Of a DNA stretch of 28,770 nucleotides, positions 1-9,311 are shown piece by piece (position 1 is the first letter of the stretch; the number at the start of each line of letters is the position of its first letter). The stretch comes from Candidatus Bipolaricaulia bacterium. GTDB taxonomy: Bacteria; Bipolaricaulota; Bipolaricaulia; RBG-16-55-9. The position numbers and the translations under genes were made by a program. The notes under the pieces are model-generated. The model saw only the letters and a program-made list of their open reading frames with translations, was not told where the DNA came from and searched no databases. The stretch is taken from NCBI GenBank assembly GCA_042219045.1, contig JBDGQO010000009.1:17763-46532 (forward strand), written 5' to 3'.

Positions 1-1329
1 GGTGGCATCTGGATCGGCTGGCCCGGCACGACCCAAGCCGAGGCCGAGGAGCTCAGGGACGAGATCCCCGAAGCGACACGCGATGCGAACTACACCGTCG
101 TCCCCGTGCCCCTGACGGAGAACGACAAAAAGGGGTATTACGAAGGCTTTGCCAACTCCGTCCTCTGGCCGCTCTTTCACGACCTACAGACGCGCTGCGT
201 CTTCGAGCCGAGCTACTGGGAGACCTACCAACGCGTCAACCGCACGTTCGCCGAGGCCGTCGCCGAGCATGTCGAGCCGGGCGACTTCATCTGGGTGCAC
301 GACTACCAGCTGATGTGCTTGGGCCGTGAGCTTCGCGAGCTCGGCGTGGACAACCAGGTCGGTTTTTTCCTCCACACGCCGTTTGCCGCTGCGGAGATCT
401 ATCACAAATTGCCCTGGCGCCGGGAGCTGCTCGAGGCGATGTTGGCTTACGACGTCGTCGGCTTCCAGACGATCCGCGATCGGCGCAACTTTGAAGCTTG
501 CCTCTATGAGCTATTGGACGAGGTCGCCGTCGAAGCAGGAGAGCGCAGCCGCGTCAAGGCAGTCACGCTGGCCGACGGTGACCGTGACGTCAAGTTGGGG
601 GTCTTCCCCATCAACATCGACGTGCCGCATTTTGAGCAGTTGGCCCAGACCGCCAGCGTCGAGTCCAAAATGGACGGGTTGCGGCGCGAGCTGCCCAACC
701 GGACGTTGATCCTCGGCGCCGACCGGCTCGACTACACCAAGGGCATCCCCGAACGCCTGCGGGCGTTCCGCGAGGCGTTGGAGCGCTACCCGGATCTGCA
801 GGGCAACGTCACGCTGATCCAGATCACGGTGCCGAGCCGCGGCGGCATCTCGGAGTACCGTGAGCTGCGCGCCGAGATCGCTCGACTCGTCAGCGAGATC
901 AACGGGCAATACACGCGGGCAGGTTGGGTCCCGGTCCATTATCTCTTTCGACAACTGGATCGGGAGGACCTCATCGCGACGTATCGCGCCTCGGACGTGG
1001 CGCTGATCACTTCACTGAAGGACGGCATGAACCTGATCTCGAAGGAATACTGCACATCGCGGATCAACGACGATGGCGTGCTGATCTTGAGCGAGTTTGC
1101 TGGGTCCGCTTCGCAACTGCTGCACGACTCGATCGCCGTCAACCCGTACGATCAAGCGGGCACCGCCGACGCCATCTACGACGCCTGCCACATGAGTTGG
1201 GACGAGCAGAATCGCCGCATGACTCGACTTCGCGCCATCATCCGCCGCCACGACATCCACTGGTGGGTCGAGGCCTTCCTCCGCGCCGCACGCGAGGTTC
1301 CCTCCACCGGACGCTTGTCCCCGTCGTGA
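1..1329 (+). CDS. otsA: Trehalose-6-phosphate synthase (GT20), 5'-truncated by the window edge
   Basis: Frame is open from base 1 (GGIWIGWPG...). GT20 motifs YYEGFANSVLWPLFH, WVHDYQL, GFFLHTPF, DRLDYTKG, VPSR, DGMNLISKEY, LSEFAG, VNPYD. No fused phosphatase domain. Confidence 0.92.
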   Translation, partial: GGIWIGWPGTTQAEAEELRDEIPEATRDANYTVVPVPLTENDKKGYYEGFANSVLWPLFHDLQTRCVFEPSYWETYQRVNRTFAEAVAEHVEPGDFIWVHDYQLMCLGRELRELGVDNQVGFFLHTPFAAAEIYHKLPWRRELLEAMLAYDVVGFQTIRDRRNFEACLYELLDEVAVEAGERSRVKAVTLADGDRDVKLGVFPINIDVPHFEQLAQTASVESKMDGLRRELPNRTLILGADRLDYTKGIPERLRAFREALERYPDLQGNVTLIQITVPSRGGISEYRELRAEIARLVSEINGQYTRAGWVPVHYLFRQLDREDLIATYRASDVALITSLKDGMNLISKEYCTSRINDDGVLILSEFAGSASQLLHDSIAVNPYDQAGTADAIYDACHMSWDEQNRRMTRLRAIIRRHDIHWWVEAFLRAAREVPSTGRLSPS

Positions 1330-1449
1330 GAGGCCCCGAGACCCATCAGCCGGACGTGGGAGCCCAGTGACGTTGCCTCGCCACCGAAGTGGAAGTCGCG
1401 GGCATGCTCAGAAATTGGTCACAATCAACACATAAGCCGGCTCGGCCAG

Positions 1450-1478
1450 TTGAAGGTGAGGGCCGCAATCGATACGAT
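1450..1478 (+). promoter_or_regulatory. Sigma70-type promoter of hsp20
   Basis: TTGAAG (1450-1455) - 17 nt - TACGAT (1473-1478). Confidence 0.65.
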
Positions 1479-1504
1479 TAGCATTGAGATATGTCGACTG
1501 CTAA
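1478..1504 (+). promoter_or_regulatory. CIRCE element (HrcA operator)
   Basis: TTAGCATTG-N9-GACTGCTAA versus consensus TTAGCACTC-N9-GAGTGCTAA (15/18 matches, exact 9-nt spacer). It abuts the -10 box upstream of a heat-shock gene. Confidence 0.85.
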
Positions 1505-1570
1505 TAATTGGCTGTTGTGCGAGCATTCGGCACTGTCAATGGGCAGCTACGCGAAAAGGAGGTGACCTCC

Positions 1571-1996
1571 ATGGCCCGCCTTCCGACGCTCTGGAACGAG
1601 CCGATGAACCTGCTGCGCAACCTGGACAACCTGTTTGAGGATTATGCGCCGAGCCGGATGCTGTCCGATCGCACGGATATCTACGAGAAGGACGGCCATC
1701 TGAAGATCGAGACCGAACTGCCGGGCGTGAACCGCGAGGACATCCACGTCCGCGTCGAGGGCGACCAGTTGGTCGTCACCGGCGAGACCAAGCGCGAGAC
1801 GAACGTCGAGGAGGAGAACTTCGTCCGGATGGGCCGCAGTGTCGGCCGTTTCCGCCGAGCCTTCCCGCTGCCGGACGAAGTTGAGGACCCCAACAAGATC
1901 GAGGCCCACTACGACGACGGCATCCTGAAGATCGACGTGCCCTTGCAGACGTCGTTGAGCGGGGACGACGAGACGGTTGAGATCGACGTGAAGTGA
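1571..1996 (+). CDS. Small heat-shock protein, Hsp20/alpha-crystallin family
   Basis: SD AAGGAGGTGA (1556-1565) before ATG 1571. Motifs DIYE..ELPGV..EDI.V, GRFRRAFPLP, AHYDDGILKIDVP. Confidence 0.93.
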   Translation: MARLPTLWNEPMNLLRNLDNLFEDYAPSRMLSDRTDIYEKDGHLKIETELPGVNREDIHVRVEGDQLVVTGETKRETNVEEENFVRMGRSVGRFRRAFPLPDEVEDPNKIEAHYDDGILKIDVPLQTSLSGDDETVEIDVK

Positions 1997-2022
1997 TGCC
2001 GTTGGACCCTTCGGCTCGGCTC

Positions 2023-2053
2023 GGAGCGGCCTAGCAGCTCGGTAGGCCGCTCC
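2023..2053 (+). terminator. 11-bp perfect inverted repeat after hsp20 (possible terminator or stabiliser, no U-tract)
   Basis: GGAGCGGCCTA (2023-2033) / TAGGCCGCTCC (2043-2053). Confidence 0.45.
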
Positions 2054-2214
2054 AGCCCCTCGGCTTATTCAGCAACCGACTCGTCTAGCTGCCTGCTAGC
2101 TCAGCGAGCACAGGACCCTTGCGATCGGGACCCGTCGGGTAGACAGACCTACCGCGGAGTGTCTTTATTTAGGGAAGATCTCGGCACGTCGATGTCGAGA
2201 GGTGAGGAAGGCCC

Positions 2215-3414
2215 ATGCGCATTGAAACGCCGCGTTACACGGAACGGTTCGGTGCGGTTCGCCTGAACGACGTCCAGAAAGTCCTGGAGCTGGACGCCGG
2301 CCGGGGTGACGGTTGTGCCGCCCAAGAGGGCCTTGCCGTGCAACGGATTGACGAAGCGACGCTTCGGGACGTGGAACAGCGCATGGCGATCGTCCTGCCG
2401 ACCAAGGACGAGAAGCTGAAGCTCTTCGAAGGCGTGATCGGCGGCATCCCCCACGAGTGCCTGATGATCCTCGTCTCCAACAGCGAGCGCGAGCGCGTCG
2501 ATCATTTCCGCATGGAATGGGAGACGCTGGAGCAATACTGTCAATTCACACGCCGCCACGCGATCGCCGTCCATCAGAAGGATCCGACATTGGGCCGGGC
2601 CCTGCAAGCGGCCGGCTATCCGCACGTGTTGGACGACGATGGGTTGATCCGCGATGGGAAAGCCGAAGGGATGATCGTCGGCATGCTCTTGGCCAAGTTG
2701 GCTGGGAAGGACTACGTCGGCTTCATCGACGCCGACAACTATTTTCCCGGCTCCGTCTGGGAGTACGTTCGCAGTTATGCGGCGGGGTTGAGCATGGCGA
2801 ACTCGCCCTACTCGATGGTCCGGATCCTGTGGCGCTACAAGCCGAAGCTGAGCACGCACGGCTTCTACTTCAAGAAATGGGGGCGCGTCTCCCAGACCAC
2901 CAATCGCGTCATGAACGCGCTGGTCTCGATCAACACCGGCTTCGAGACCGACGTGGTCAAAACGGGCAACGCAGGCGAGCACGCGATGAGCATCCGACTG
3001 GCCGAGATCCTGCCTTATGCGGCCGGGTTCGCGGTTGAACCGCAGGAGCTATTATCGATTTTCGAGGCCTACGGCGGGATTCATGCCGCCCCGGATCGAG
3101 ATGCCGCACGGCAGGGCGTCCAAATCGTTCAGTTGGAAAGCCGGAATCCGCATCTCCATGAGGATAAGGGGCAGAATCACCTACTGGAGATGCTGATGGC
3201 CGGACTTGGTGCCGTCTACCACTCCTCGCTGAGCGACGACACCGTCAGGGACTTGATTCGAGACGAGCTGGATCGTCAGGGAGCGCTCCCTCGTGACCAC
3301 GCGCCGCCTTGCCCCACAGTGATGCCGCCTTTCGGCGACGCGGACGTGGAGGCGCTGAATGAAGCGCTCGGCGAATGTTGTCACGACATCTGGATCTCGG
3401 GACGCCCCAAATGA
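2215..3414 (+). CDS. mpgS: Mannosyl-3-phosphoglycerate synthase (GT55)
   Basis: N-terminus MRIETPRYTERFGAVRLNDVQKVLELD; motifs GVIGGIPH, RDGKAEGM, GFIDADNYFPGSVWEY, MVRILWRYKPK, WGRVS, NAGEHAM, RNPHLHEDKG as in Thermus/Pyrococcus MpgS. Confidence 0.93.
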   Translation: MRIETPRYTERFGAVRLNDVQKVLELDAGRGDGCAAQEGLAVQRIDEATLRDVEQRMAIVLPTKDEKLKLFEGVIGGIPHECLMILVSNSERERVDHFRMEWETLEQYCQFTRRHAIAVHQKDPTLGRALQAAGYPHVLDDDGLIRDGKAEGMIVGMLLAKLAGKDYVGFIDADNYFPGSVWEYVRSYAAGLSMANSPYSMVRILWRYKPKLSTHGFYFKKWGRVSQTTNRVMNALVSINTGFETDVVKTGNAGEHAMSIRLAEILPYAAGFAVEPQELLSIFEAYGGIHAAPDRDAARQGVQIVQLESRNPHLHEDKGQNHLLEMLMAGLGAVYHSSLSDDTVRDLIRDELDRQGALPRDHAPPCPTVMPPFGDADVEALNEALGECCHDIWISGRPK

Positions 3415-3434
3415 CCCTCCGGGTCACGTTTGCC

Positions 3435-3458
3435 GAGGTCGGTTGACGGCCTCTTGTT
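3435..3458 (+). terminator. Putative intrinsic terminator between convergent mpgS and GNAT genes
   Basis: GAGGTCG-GTTGA-CGGCCTC stem (one G-U pair) followed by TTGTT. A second hairpin TGACCC-TCC-GGGTCA lies at 3412-3426. Confidence 0.4.
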
Positions 3459-3462
3459 GCGC

Positions 3463-4413
3463 CTAAAGGTCCTTGGCGAACGTCATCCAAGCTAGCTGCT
3501 TAACGTAGCCGAGCCGTTCGTTGAGGGCCAATATCGGGCGGTTGGCGCTCGCGTTCAAGGCCTTGATGGTTCGAAAATTATGCTCGGCGGCGTACTGGAT
3601 CGTCTTGAGCTTGAGCGCCAGCGCGAGGCCCCGGCGACGATAATCTCGACGGACGCCCGTCAAGCCCGTGTAGAGTTCGTCCGGTGACGCTTGCGAGGCC
3701 CAGAGCGAGCTGACGCCGACGTAGCGGTCCCCGTCGATGGCGACGCAGTAGGCATCCGACAAGAGATTCGGGTTGTGCAGGAACCGTCGCTTGAAGTGTT
3801 CGAAGCTCATCCGGGTCCGTTCGTCGGGAAAGGGCACGTCCTCCAGAAGCTCCAGGTCAAGCTCGTAGAGTTTTCGGTCGCGAGCCGGGTCAGCGGCCAG
3901 TTCGCCGAGCGTCGCCAGCGTAATGCCGTGCTGGGCGACCTTGTCTCCAAGCTCCGCGTACGGGGAGAAGTCAAAGGACGGGACGTCCAGGTGCGACTCC
4001 CAAGAGCGCACCATCTCCGCGAAGCCGCGCTTGGTCAGAAAGCGGACGCTGGCCGCATCGTCCTCGCGCGCGACCGACCGGAGGCTGAGCGGGTCGAACG
4101 GGTCGAGGTCCATCATGAGATAATCGAACAGCGCCGTGCCGATGCCCTTGCGCTGCCGGTTCGGATCGACGTAGACGCCGATCTCGAACTTTTGCGGGTG
4201 ATACATCGAGGGCGCTTGGTCATACTCGGCATACCCGACGACCATGCCGAAGCGATCGGCCACGAAACGCCGGAATCGACAGTTGGGGTCACGCCGCCTG
4301 TCTCGAGACTGGGCCTCCTCAACGGATTCCGGATGGTCAGGGAAAAGCCGATTGGCAACCTCGACCATTGCCTCATAGTCCTCGTCCTCAAATGGTCGAA
4401 TGTGGAGGGTCAT
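3463..4413 (-). CDS. Tandem-domain GNAT family N-acetyltransferase
   Basis: Two acetyl-CoA motifs: VDPNRQRKGIGTAL and TGVRRDYRRRGLALALK, plus N..ILALNERLGY. Start is ATG 4413 or GTG 4434. Confidence 0.85.
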   Translation of the reverse strand: MTLHIRPFEDEDYEAMVEVANRLFPDHPESVEEAQSRDRRRDPNCRFRRFVADRFGMVVGYAEYDQAPSMYHPQKFEIGVYVDPNRQRKGIGTALFDYLMMDLDPFDPLSLRSVAREDDAASVRFLTKRGFAEMVRSWESHLDVPSFDFSPYAELGDKVAQHGITLATLGELAADPARDRKLYELDLELLEDVPFPDERTRMSFEHFKRRFLHNPNLLSDAYCVAIDGDRYVGVSSLWASQASPDELYTGLTGVRRDYRRRGLALALKLKTIQYAAEHNFRTIKALNASANRPILALNERLGYVKQLAWMTFAKDL

Positions 4414-4528
4414 GGATCCGGTTTCCGTGGGCACTCAAAACGGTCACGGAGCCCAATCGGGTCATCGCCCGTCATCAAGGCGACGATCGGAACGGCGCTT
4501 GCTCAGGATGGCGTGATGAGCTGGTCCG

Positions 4529-4906
4529 TCAGTCCGTGGCTTGATCGGCGCCAGACGCAGCCGCTTGCTGTTGTTGCGCTTGCGTCGCCTGTTTGATCAA
4601 TTCGCGGCTCTGGCCGATCGGGTATTTCTCGTGGAACTCGTCGATGCTCATGCGGTAGTAATCCAGGTTTTTGTCGGTGAAGAGGCTGAACGGGCCCGGG
4701 ACGTCCTCCTCGGGGTAGACGGCCCGGACGGGACAGACGGCCATGCAGGCGCCGCAGTTGATGCACGTCTGGGGATCGATGTAGAGCTGCTCCACGTCCT
4801 CGAAGTAGTTCTCGCCCTCCTTGGGATGGATGCAGTCGACGGGGCAGACTTTCTCGCATTCGGTGGCTTTGGTCCCGATGCAGGCCTGGGTAATCACGAA
4901 AGACAT
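4529..4906 (-). CDS. fdxA: 7Fe ([3Fe-4S]+[4Fe-4S]) FdxA-type ferredoxin with a Q/A-rich tail
   Basis: FVITQAC-x7-C-x3-CPVDCIH and LYIDPQTCINCGACMAVCPV; SD GAGGTGATC upstream. Confidence 0.85.
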   Translation of the reverse strand: MSFVITQACIGTKATECEKVCPVDCIHPKEGENYFEDVEQLYIDPQTCINCGACMAVCPVRAVYPEEDVPGPFSLFTDKNLDYYRMSIDEFHEKYPIGQSRELIKQATQAQQQQAAASGADQATD

Positions 4907-4997
4907 GGTTCGATCACCTCGAAAGATCGTCGGTCGGCAACGAGTGGTTTATTCGGGGTTTCCCTTGGACGTGCCGGCGCCCGGAAGCGACGGCCGT

Positions 4998-5762
4998 CTA
5001 GGCGGCCTCCTCGAGTTGGGTCATGAACTCGGCAATGGCGGCGTTCAGCGCCTCGGGCCGTTCCAGCATGACCATGTGCCCGGCGTTCTCAATCACCCTA
5101 AGGTACGCATTGGGAATCGCGTCTCGCAAGTGCTCGCTGTATTTGACGGGGGTCATCTGGTCGTCCTCGCCGACGGCCACGAGCGTCGGGAGGTCGATCT
5201 CGCCGAGTCGATCCATCGCGTCGAAGGCGTCGCAGGCGCGGAAGTCGCGCGCAGTCGCTGCTTGGCCGTTCGCTTGCATCTGGGCGCGGGCCTTCTCGCG
5301 CAACTCCGCGGATGCCGAGGCCGAAAAGAGCCAAGGGACCAACAAGTCGGCGGCCTCCTCGAGGTCGCGGTCGATGGTGGCCAGCAGGTCGGGATGGACG
5401 CGGAGCTTGCCGCCGGTGCCGATCAGGCCGATCCCGCGTAGGTTGGGAGGCGGATCCAGTGCAAGCGTCTGGGCGACGGCGCCGCCGAGCGAGTGGCCCA
5501 TCGCCACCGTGGGCCGATCCATGTCGCTGAGAACGGCCTTGACGTCGGCGACGTACGCGGCGATTGCGTCACTGTCGCGATGGGCACTGCGGCCGTGGCC
5601 GTTCAGGTCGAGTGCCGCGACCGTGAAGCGGTTTTTAAGCGCCTGCAGCTGATGACCCCAGACCGTGTGGTCGCTCCCCGATCCGTGGATCAGGAGCAGG
5701 GCGGGTCCTTCCCCAGCTCGCGCGTAGGAGATCGGCCGACCGTCGACCTCAACGGTCGGCAT
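4998..5762 (-). CDS. Alpha/beta-fold hydrolase
   Basis: LLIHG oxyanion motif, DLNGHGRS, nucleophile GHSLGG, GEDDQMTP, AGHMVMLERP. The start overlaps the 3' end of glyS by 14 nt. Confidence 0.9.
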   Translation of the reverse strand: MPTVEVDGRPISYARAGEGPALLLIHGSGSDHTVWGHQLQALKNRFTVAALDLNGHGRSAHRDSDAIAAYVADVKAVLSDMDRPTVAMGHSLGGAVAQTLALDPPPNLRGIGLIGTGGKLRVHPDLLATIDRDLEEAADLLVPWLFSASASAELREKARAQMQANGQAATARDFRACDAFDAMDRLGEIDLPTLVAVGEDDQMTPVKYSEHLRDAIPNAYLRVIENAGHMVMLERPEALNAAIAEFMTQLEEAA

Positions 5763-7833
5763 GGCGCTCGCCTTCCACGACGAGTTGGGAAAGGTCGCCC
5801 ACGGCTTGGAACAGCTCCCGAATCCAAGTCAGGAAGGCGAGACGGTTCTCGCGTACCAGGTGGTCGTTGGCCATCACGAGCACGTCCTCAAAGTAGGCGT
5901 CGATCGGCTCCTGTAGGGCCAATAGCCGCTCAACCATGCCGGCGAAGTCGCCGGTAGCCGCCATCTGATCGATCTGGCCTTCGGCCTTGAGGGCCGCCCG
6001 CCACAGAGCTTGCTCCGCATCCTCGGTGAAGTACTGCGGGTGGAAGTGCTTGGCCGAGCGGTCGCGCGTGATGTTGGCGACGCGCTCGAAGGCGTGCACG
6101 AGTGTGCGGAAGCGCTCGTCCCCGCGGACGCCCGCGATGGCGCGGGCGCGCTGCAGCGTCCGAAGCGGGTTCAGCTCGGGCACGGCGGTCACCGAGTCCA
6201 CAATGTCGTGGGCGAACTCGTGGCGCTCGCGCAGCTCGCGCCCCAGCCGCTCGCGGACAAACGATCGGACTTTGTCCAGCGGTGCTCGATCCGGGAGGAA
6301 GCCGTAGAGCGCTTCGATGTCGTTCAGGATCCCGTTCAGATCCAGATCGAGGCCCCGCTCAATGAGGATACGCACGATGCCGTTCGTCTTCCGGCGAATG
6401 CCCAGCGGGTCGCGCGATCCCGTCGGCGCTTCGCCCAACAGCAACGAGCCCTCGACGGTGTCCAGCTTATCGGCCAAGCTGACGACCGTGCCCACAGGCG
6501 TTTCGGGAGACGGATCGTCCGCGGTCTTCGGCTGATAGTGCTCGTAGATGCCCGCGTAGACGGGCTCGGGATGCCCATCAAGGCGGGCGTAGATGCCGCC
6601 CATGCGTCCTTCCAGGTCGGGAAACTCACCGACCATTTGGGTGAGCAGATCGGCCTTGCTCAGCCGGACGGCTGCGTCCACATGGGCTTGGTAGCGGGTC
6701 CAGTCGAGCCGCTCCGTCAGCTTCTGCGCGATCTCGCGCATCCGCTCGACTTTGTCGTGGATCGTGCCGAGCTGCTCCTGATAGACGACGCGGTTGAGCC
6801 CATCCGCCAATGCTTCGAGCGACGTCCGGCGGTCCTCCTCAAAGAAGAACGCCGAGTCCTCCAGACGTGCCACGACGACGCGCTCGTAGCCACGCCGCAC
6901 GACCTCATCCTGGCCTGTGGAGCCGTCGCGGAAGCCGACGAAATGCGGGGACGCCTTCGCCCCCACCGCGAACGGGACGAACTTCTGATGTTCCACGAGC
7001 GTCGTCTCCAGCACCTCGCGGGGCAGCTCCAAGAACCTTTCGGGGAACTGCCCCAGCACGGGGGCCGGATTCTCCAGGTTGTCCGCGATCTCGGCACGCA
7101 GGTCGTCGCTCAGTGCCGGATGGGCCTTGATGTCGTTGGCGATCGTCGCCAGCGCCGAGCTGATCGCCTCGCGTCGGTCGTCGGGATCGAGCATGACGCC
7201 GTTGTCCGCCAGCGCCTGGAAGTAGCGTGCGACATCGGGAACCTCGATTTCGTCCTCGCCGAGCAGCCGGTGGCCGCGCGTAATCGTTCCGGACTGGAGT
7301 CGCCCCAGGCGCACGTCGATGGCCGTGTCGCCGTAGAGACTGAGCAGCCACCGGATGGGACGGATGAAGCGCAATCCCGACTCATCCCAGCGCATGGTCT
7401 CGGACGGCGCCAATGACCGGACGATCGTCGGCGCCAGTTCGCTCAGAACGTCGGTCGCCTCGCGCCCCTCAATGCGTTTCGCCGCGTAGATGTAGTCGCC
7501 CTGGTCAGTCGATTTGACGACGAGGTCGTCGACGGCCACGTCCTGGCTCCGGGCGAAGCCTTCGGCGGCCTGGGTCGGGTTGCCGTCCTCGTCGAAGCCG
7601 ATGTGCTTTGCCGGGCCACGGGCCTCTTCGACCGCGTCGGGCTGGCGCTCGTCCAGCCCTTGGACATGGAGCGTCAGCCGGCGCGGCGTGTGGTAGACGG
7701 CTACCGCGTCGTAGTCGAGCCGCGCTCCCATCAAGTGCTCCTGGGCTGCCGCGTCCAGTTGCTCCGCCAGGCGCGGGGCTTCCTTGGGCGGCAGCTCCTC
7801 CACGCCGATCTCAAACAGCCAGTCTCGTGCCAT
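5749..7833 (-). CDS. glyS: Glycine--tRNA ligase beta subunit
   Basis: LFEIGVEELP, TPRRL, MRW..FIRPIRWL, RLEDSAFFFEED, KADLLTQMVGEFPDLEG, PTGSRDPLGIRR, VRENRL. Confidence 0.96.
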   Translation of the reverse strand: MARDWLFEIGVEELPPKEAPRLAEQLDAAAQEHLMGARLDYDAVAVYHTPRRLTLHVQGLDERQPDAVEEARGPAKHIGFDEDGNPTQAAEGFARSQDVAVDDLVVKSTDQGDYIYAAKRIEGREATDVLSELAPTIVRSLAPSETMRWDESGLRFIRPIRWLLSLYGDTAIDVRLGRLQSGTITRGHRLLGEDEIEVPDVARYFQALADNGVMLDPDDRREAISSALATIANDIKAHPALSDDLRAEIADNLENPAPVLGQFPERFLELPREVLETTLVEHQKFVPFAVGAKASPHFVGFRDGSTGQDEVVRRGYERVVVARLEDSAFFFEEDRRTSLEALADGLNRVVYQEQLGTIHDKVERMREIAQKLTERLDWTRYQAHVDAAVRLSKADLLTQMVGEFPDLEGRMGGIYARLDGHPEPVYAGIYEHYQPKTADDPSPETPVGTVVSLADKLDTVEGSLLLGEAPTGSRDPLGIRRKTNGIVRILIERGLDLDLNGILNDIEALYGFLPDRAPLDKVRSFVRERLGRELRERHEFAHDIVDSVTAVPELNPLRTLQRARAIAGVRGDERFRTLVHAFERVANITRDRSAKHFHPQYFTEDAEQALWRAALKAEGQIDQMAATGDFAGMVERLLALQEPIDAYFEDVLVMANDHLVRENRLAFLTWIRELFQAVGDLSQLVVEGERHADR

Positions 7834-7893
7834 AGCGCGTGACCCCTCGTGCCCCCTGACGTGTGGTTTCGGTCGCTCAGAACCCGGGAACGC

Positions 7894-8784
7894 TCAGCGG
7901 GCCGCCGGGGCTCCGACGTCGGTCGGTTCGGCCTCGGCCCCCGGCTCCTGGTTCGCCAAATACGCCCTCGCGCAACCCTGGGCGAGATCCTGGACGCGGC
8001 CGATGTAGCGCTCGCGCTCGGTCGTGCTGATCGCACGGCGCGCATCCAGGAGATTAAACAAATGCGAGCATTTGGCCATGTGGTCGTAGGCAATGTAGGG
8101 CATCTGATGGTCAATCAGCCGCAAGGACTCGCGCTCGTGACGCTCGAAAAGGTCGAACAGAAGGTCGACGTCGGCCACGTCGAAATTGTAATGGCAGTTC
8201 TCCCGCTCCATCGGGAGGTGCAGTTCGCCGTAGGTGGTCTCGTCCGTCCAGCGCAGGTCCCAGACGGTGTCGACGTTCTGCACCGCCATGGCGATCCGCT
8301 CCATCCCGTAGGTCAACTCGCACGAGATGGGCACAAGCTCCACCCCGCCGACTTGCTGGAAGTACGTGAACTGGGAAATTTCCAACCCGTCGAGGACGAC
8401 CTCCCAGCCAAGGCCGGCCGCGCCCTGGGTCGGGCTGGTCCAGTCGTCCTTTTCAAAGCGGACGTCGTGGAGCTCCAGGTCGATGCCGAGCGCCTCGAGG
8501 CTCCGCAGGTAGAGGTCCTGCACCTCGTCAGGTGAGGGTTTCAATATCACCTGGTATTGGTAGTAGTACTGCATCCGGATGGGGTTGTCGCCGTAGCGCC
8601 CATCCGTGGGTCGGCGCGACGGCTCGACGTAGCCGACGTTCCACGGCTTCTCGCCCAGCACGCCGAAGAACGTGGCCGGATTGAAAGTCCCGGCCCCGAC
8701 TTCGATGTCGTAGGGCTGCAGGAGCGTGCAGCCGTGCTCGTCCCAAAACCTCTGCAGGGCGAGCAAGAGCTGCTGAAAGTTCAT
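7894..8784 (-). CDS. glyQ: Glycine--tRNA ligase alpha subunit
   Basis: [67 protein letters not shown]. Confidence 0.97.
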   Translation of the reverse strand: MNFQQLLLALQRFWDEHGCTLLQPYDIEVGAGTFNPATFFGVLGEKPWNVGYVEPSRRPTDGRYGDNPIRMQYYYQYQVILKPSPDEVQDLYLRSLEALGIDLELHDVRFEKDDWTSPTQGAAGLGWEVVLDGLEISQFTYFQQVGGVELVPISCELTYGMERIAMAVQNVDTVWDLRWTDETTYGELHLPMERENCHYNFDVADVDLLFDLFERHERESLRLIDHQMPYIAYDHMAKCSHLFNLLDARRAISTTERERYIGRVQDLAQGCARAYLANQEPGAEAEPTDVGAPAAR

Positions 8785-8826
8785 CGTCGCCCCACGCTCG
8801 AACGGGTTCCCATCGCGGATAGGGAC

Positions 8827-9207
8827 TCAGGCCGCCACGGCTTCCTTGGCGTCCTCCGGCAGATGCTCCTTGGCCAGCTCGACGACGGCGGCGAAACCCT
8901 CTGGGTCGCGAACGGCCATCTCGGCCAACATCTTGCGGTTGAGCTGCACATCGGCTTCGCGAAGCCCCTGCATGAAGCGCGAGTAGGGCAGCCCATTGAG
9001 ACGACTGGCGGCGTTGATGCGCGTGATCCAGAGTTTACGGAAGTCACGCTTGCGGAGCCGTCGGCTGATGTAGGCGTTGCGCTGGGCTTTCAGGACGCGC
9101 TGCTTGGCCATCCGGTAGGCCGAGTTCCGCTTGCCACGGAACCCCTTGGCCTGACGCATGATTCGTTTGCGCCGCTTGCGGCGGATGTTGCCTCGATTGA
9201 CTCGCAT
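8827..9207 (-). CDS. rplT: 50S ribosomal protein L20
   Basis: [48 protein letters not shown]. Confidence 0.97.
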   Translation of the reverse strand: MRVNRGNIRRKRRKRIMRQAKGFRGKRNSAYRMAKQRVLKAQRNAYISRRLRKRDFRKLWITRINAASRLNGLPYSRFMQGLREADVQLNRKMLAEMAVRDPEGFAAVVELAKEHLPEDAKEAVAA

Positions 9208-9311
9208 GGGTCATTCTCCTCCGTTCGATCGGTCACGGCGTAAACTGGCGTCGATCCTCGGTCAGGTTCGTCCGAGCGATCGCCGAACGGCGAAAGCGGA
9301 CGGCGCAGTTG

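Noticed and set aside
8785..8826. T-box riboswitch upstream of glyQ (or of metG)
   Set aside because: The intergenic gaps are only about 40-65 nt and lack the T-box consensus.
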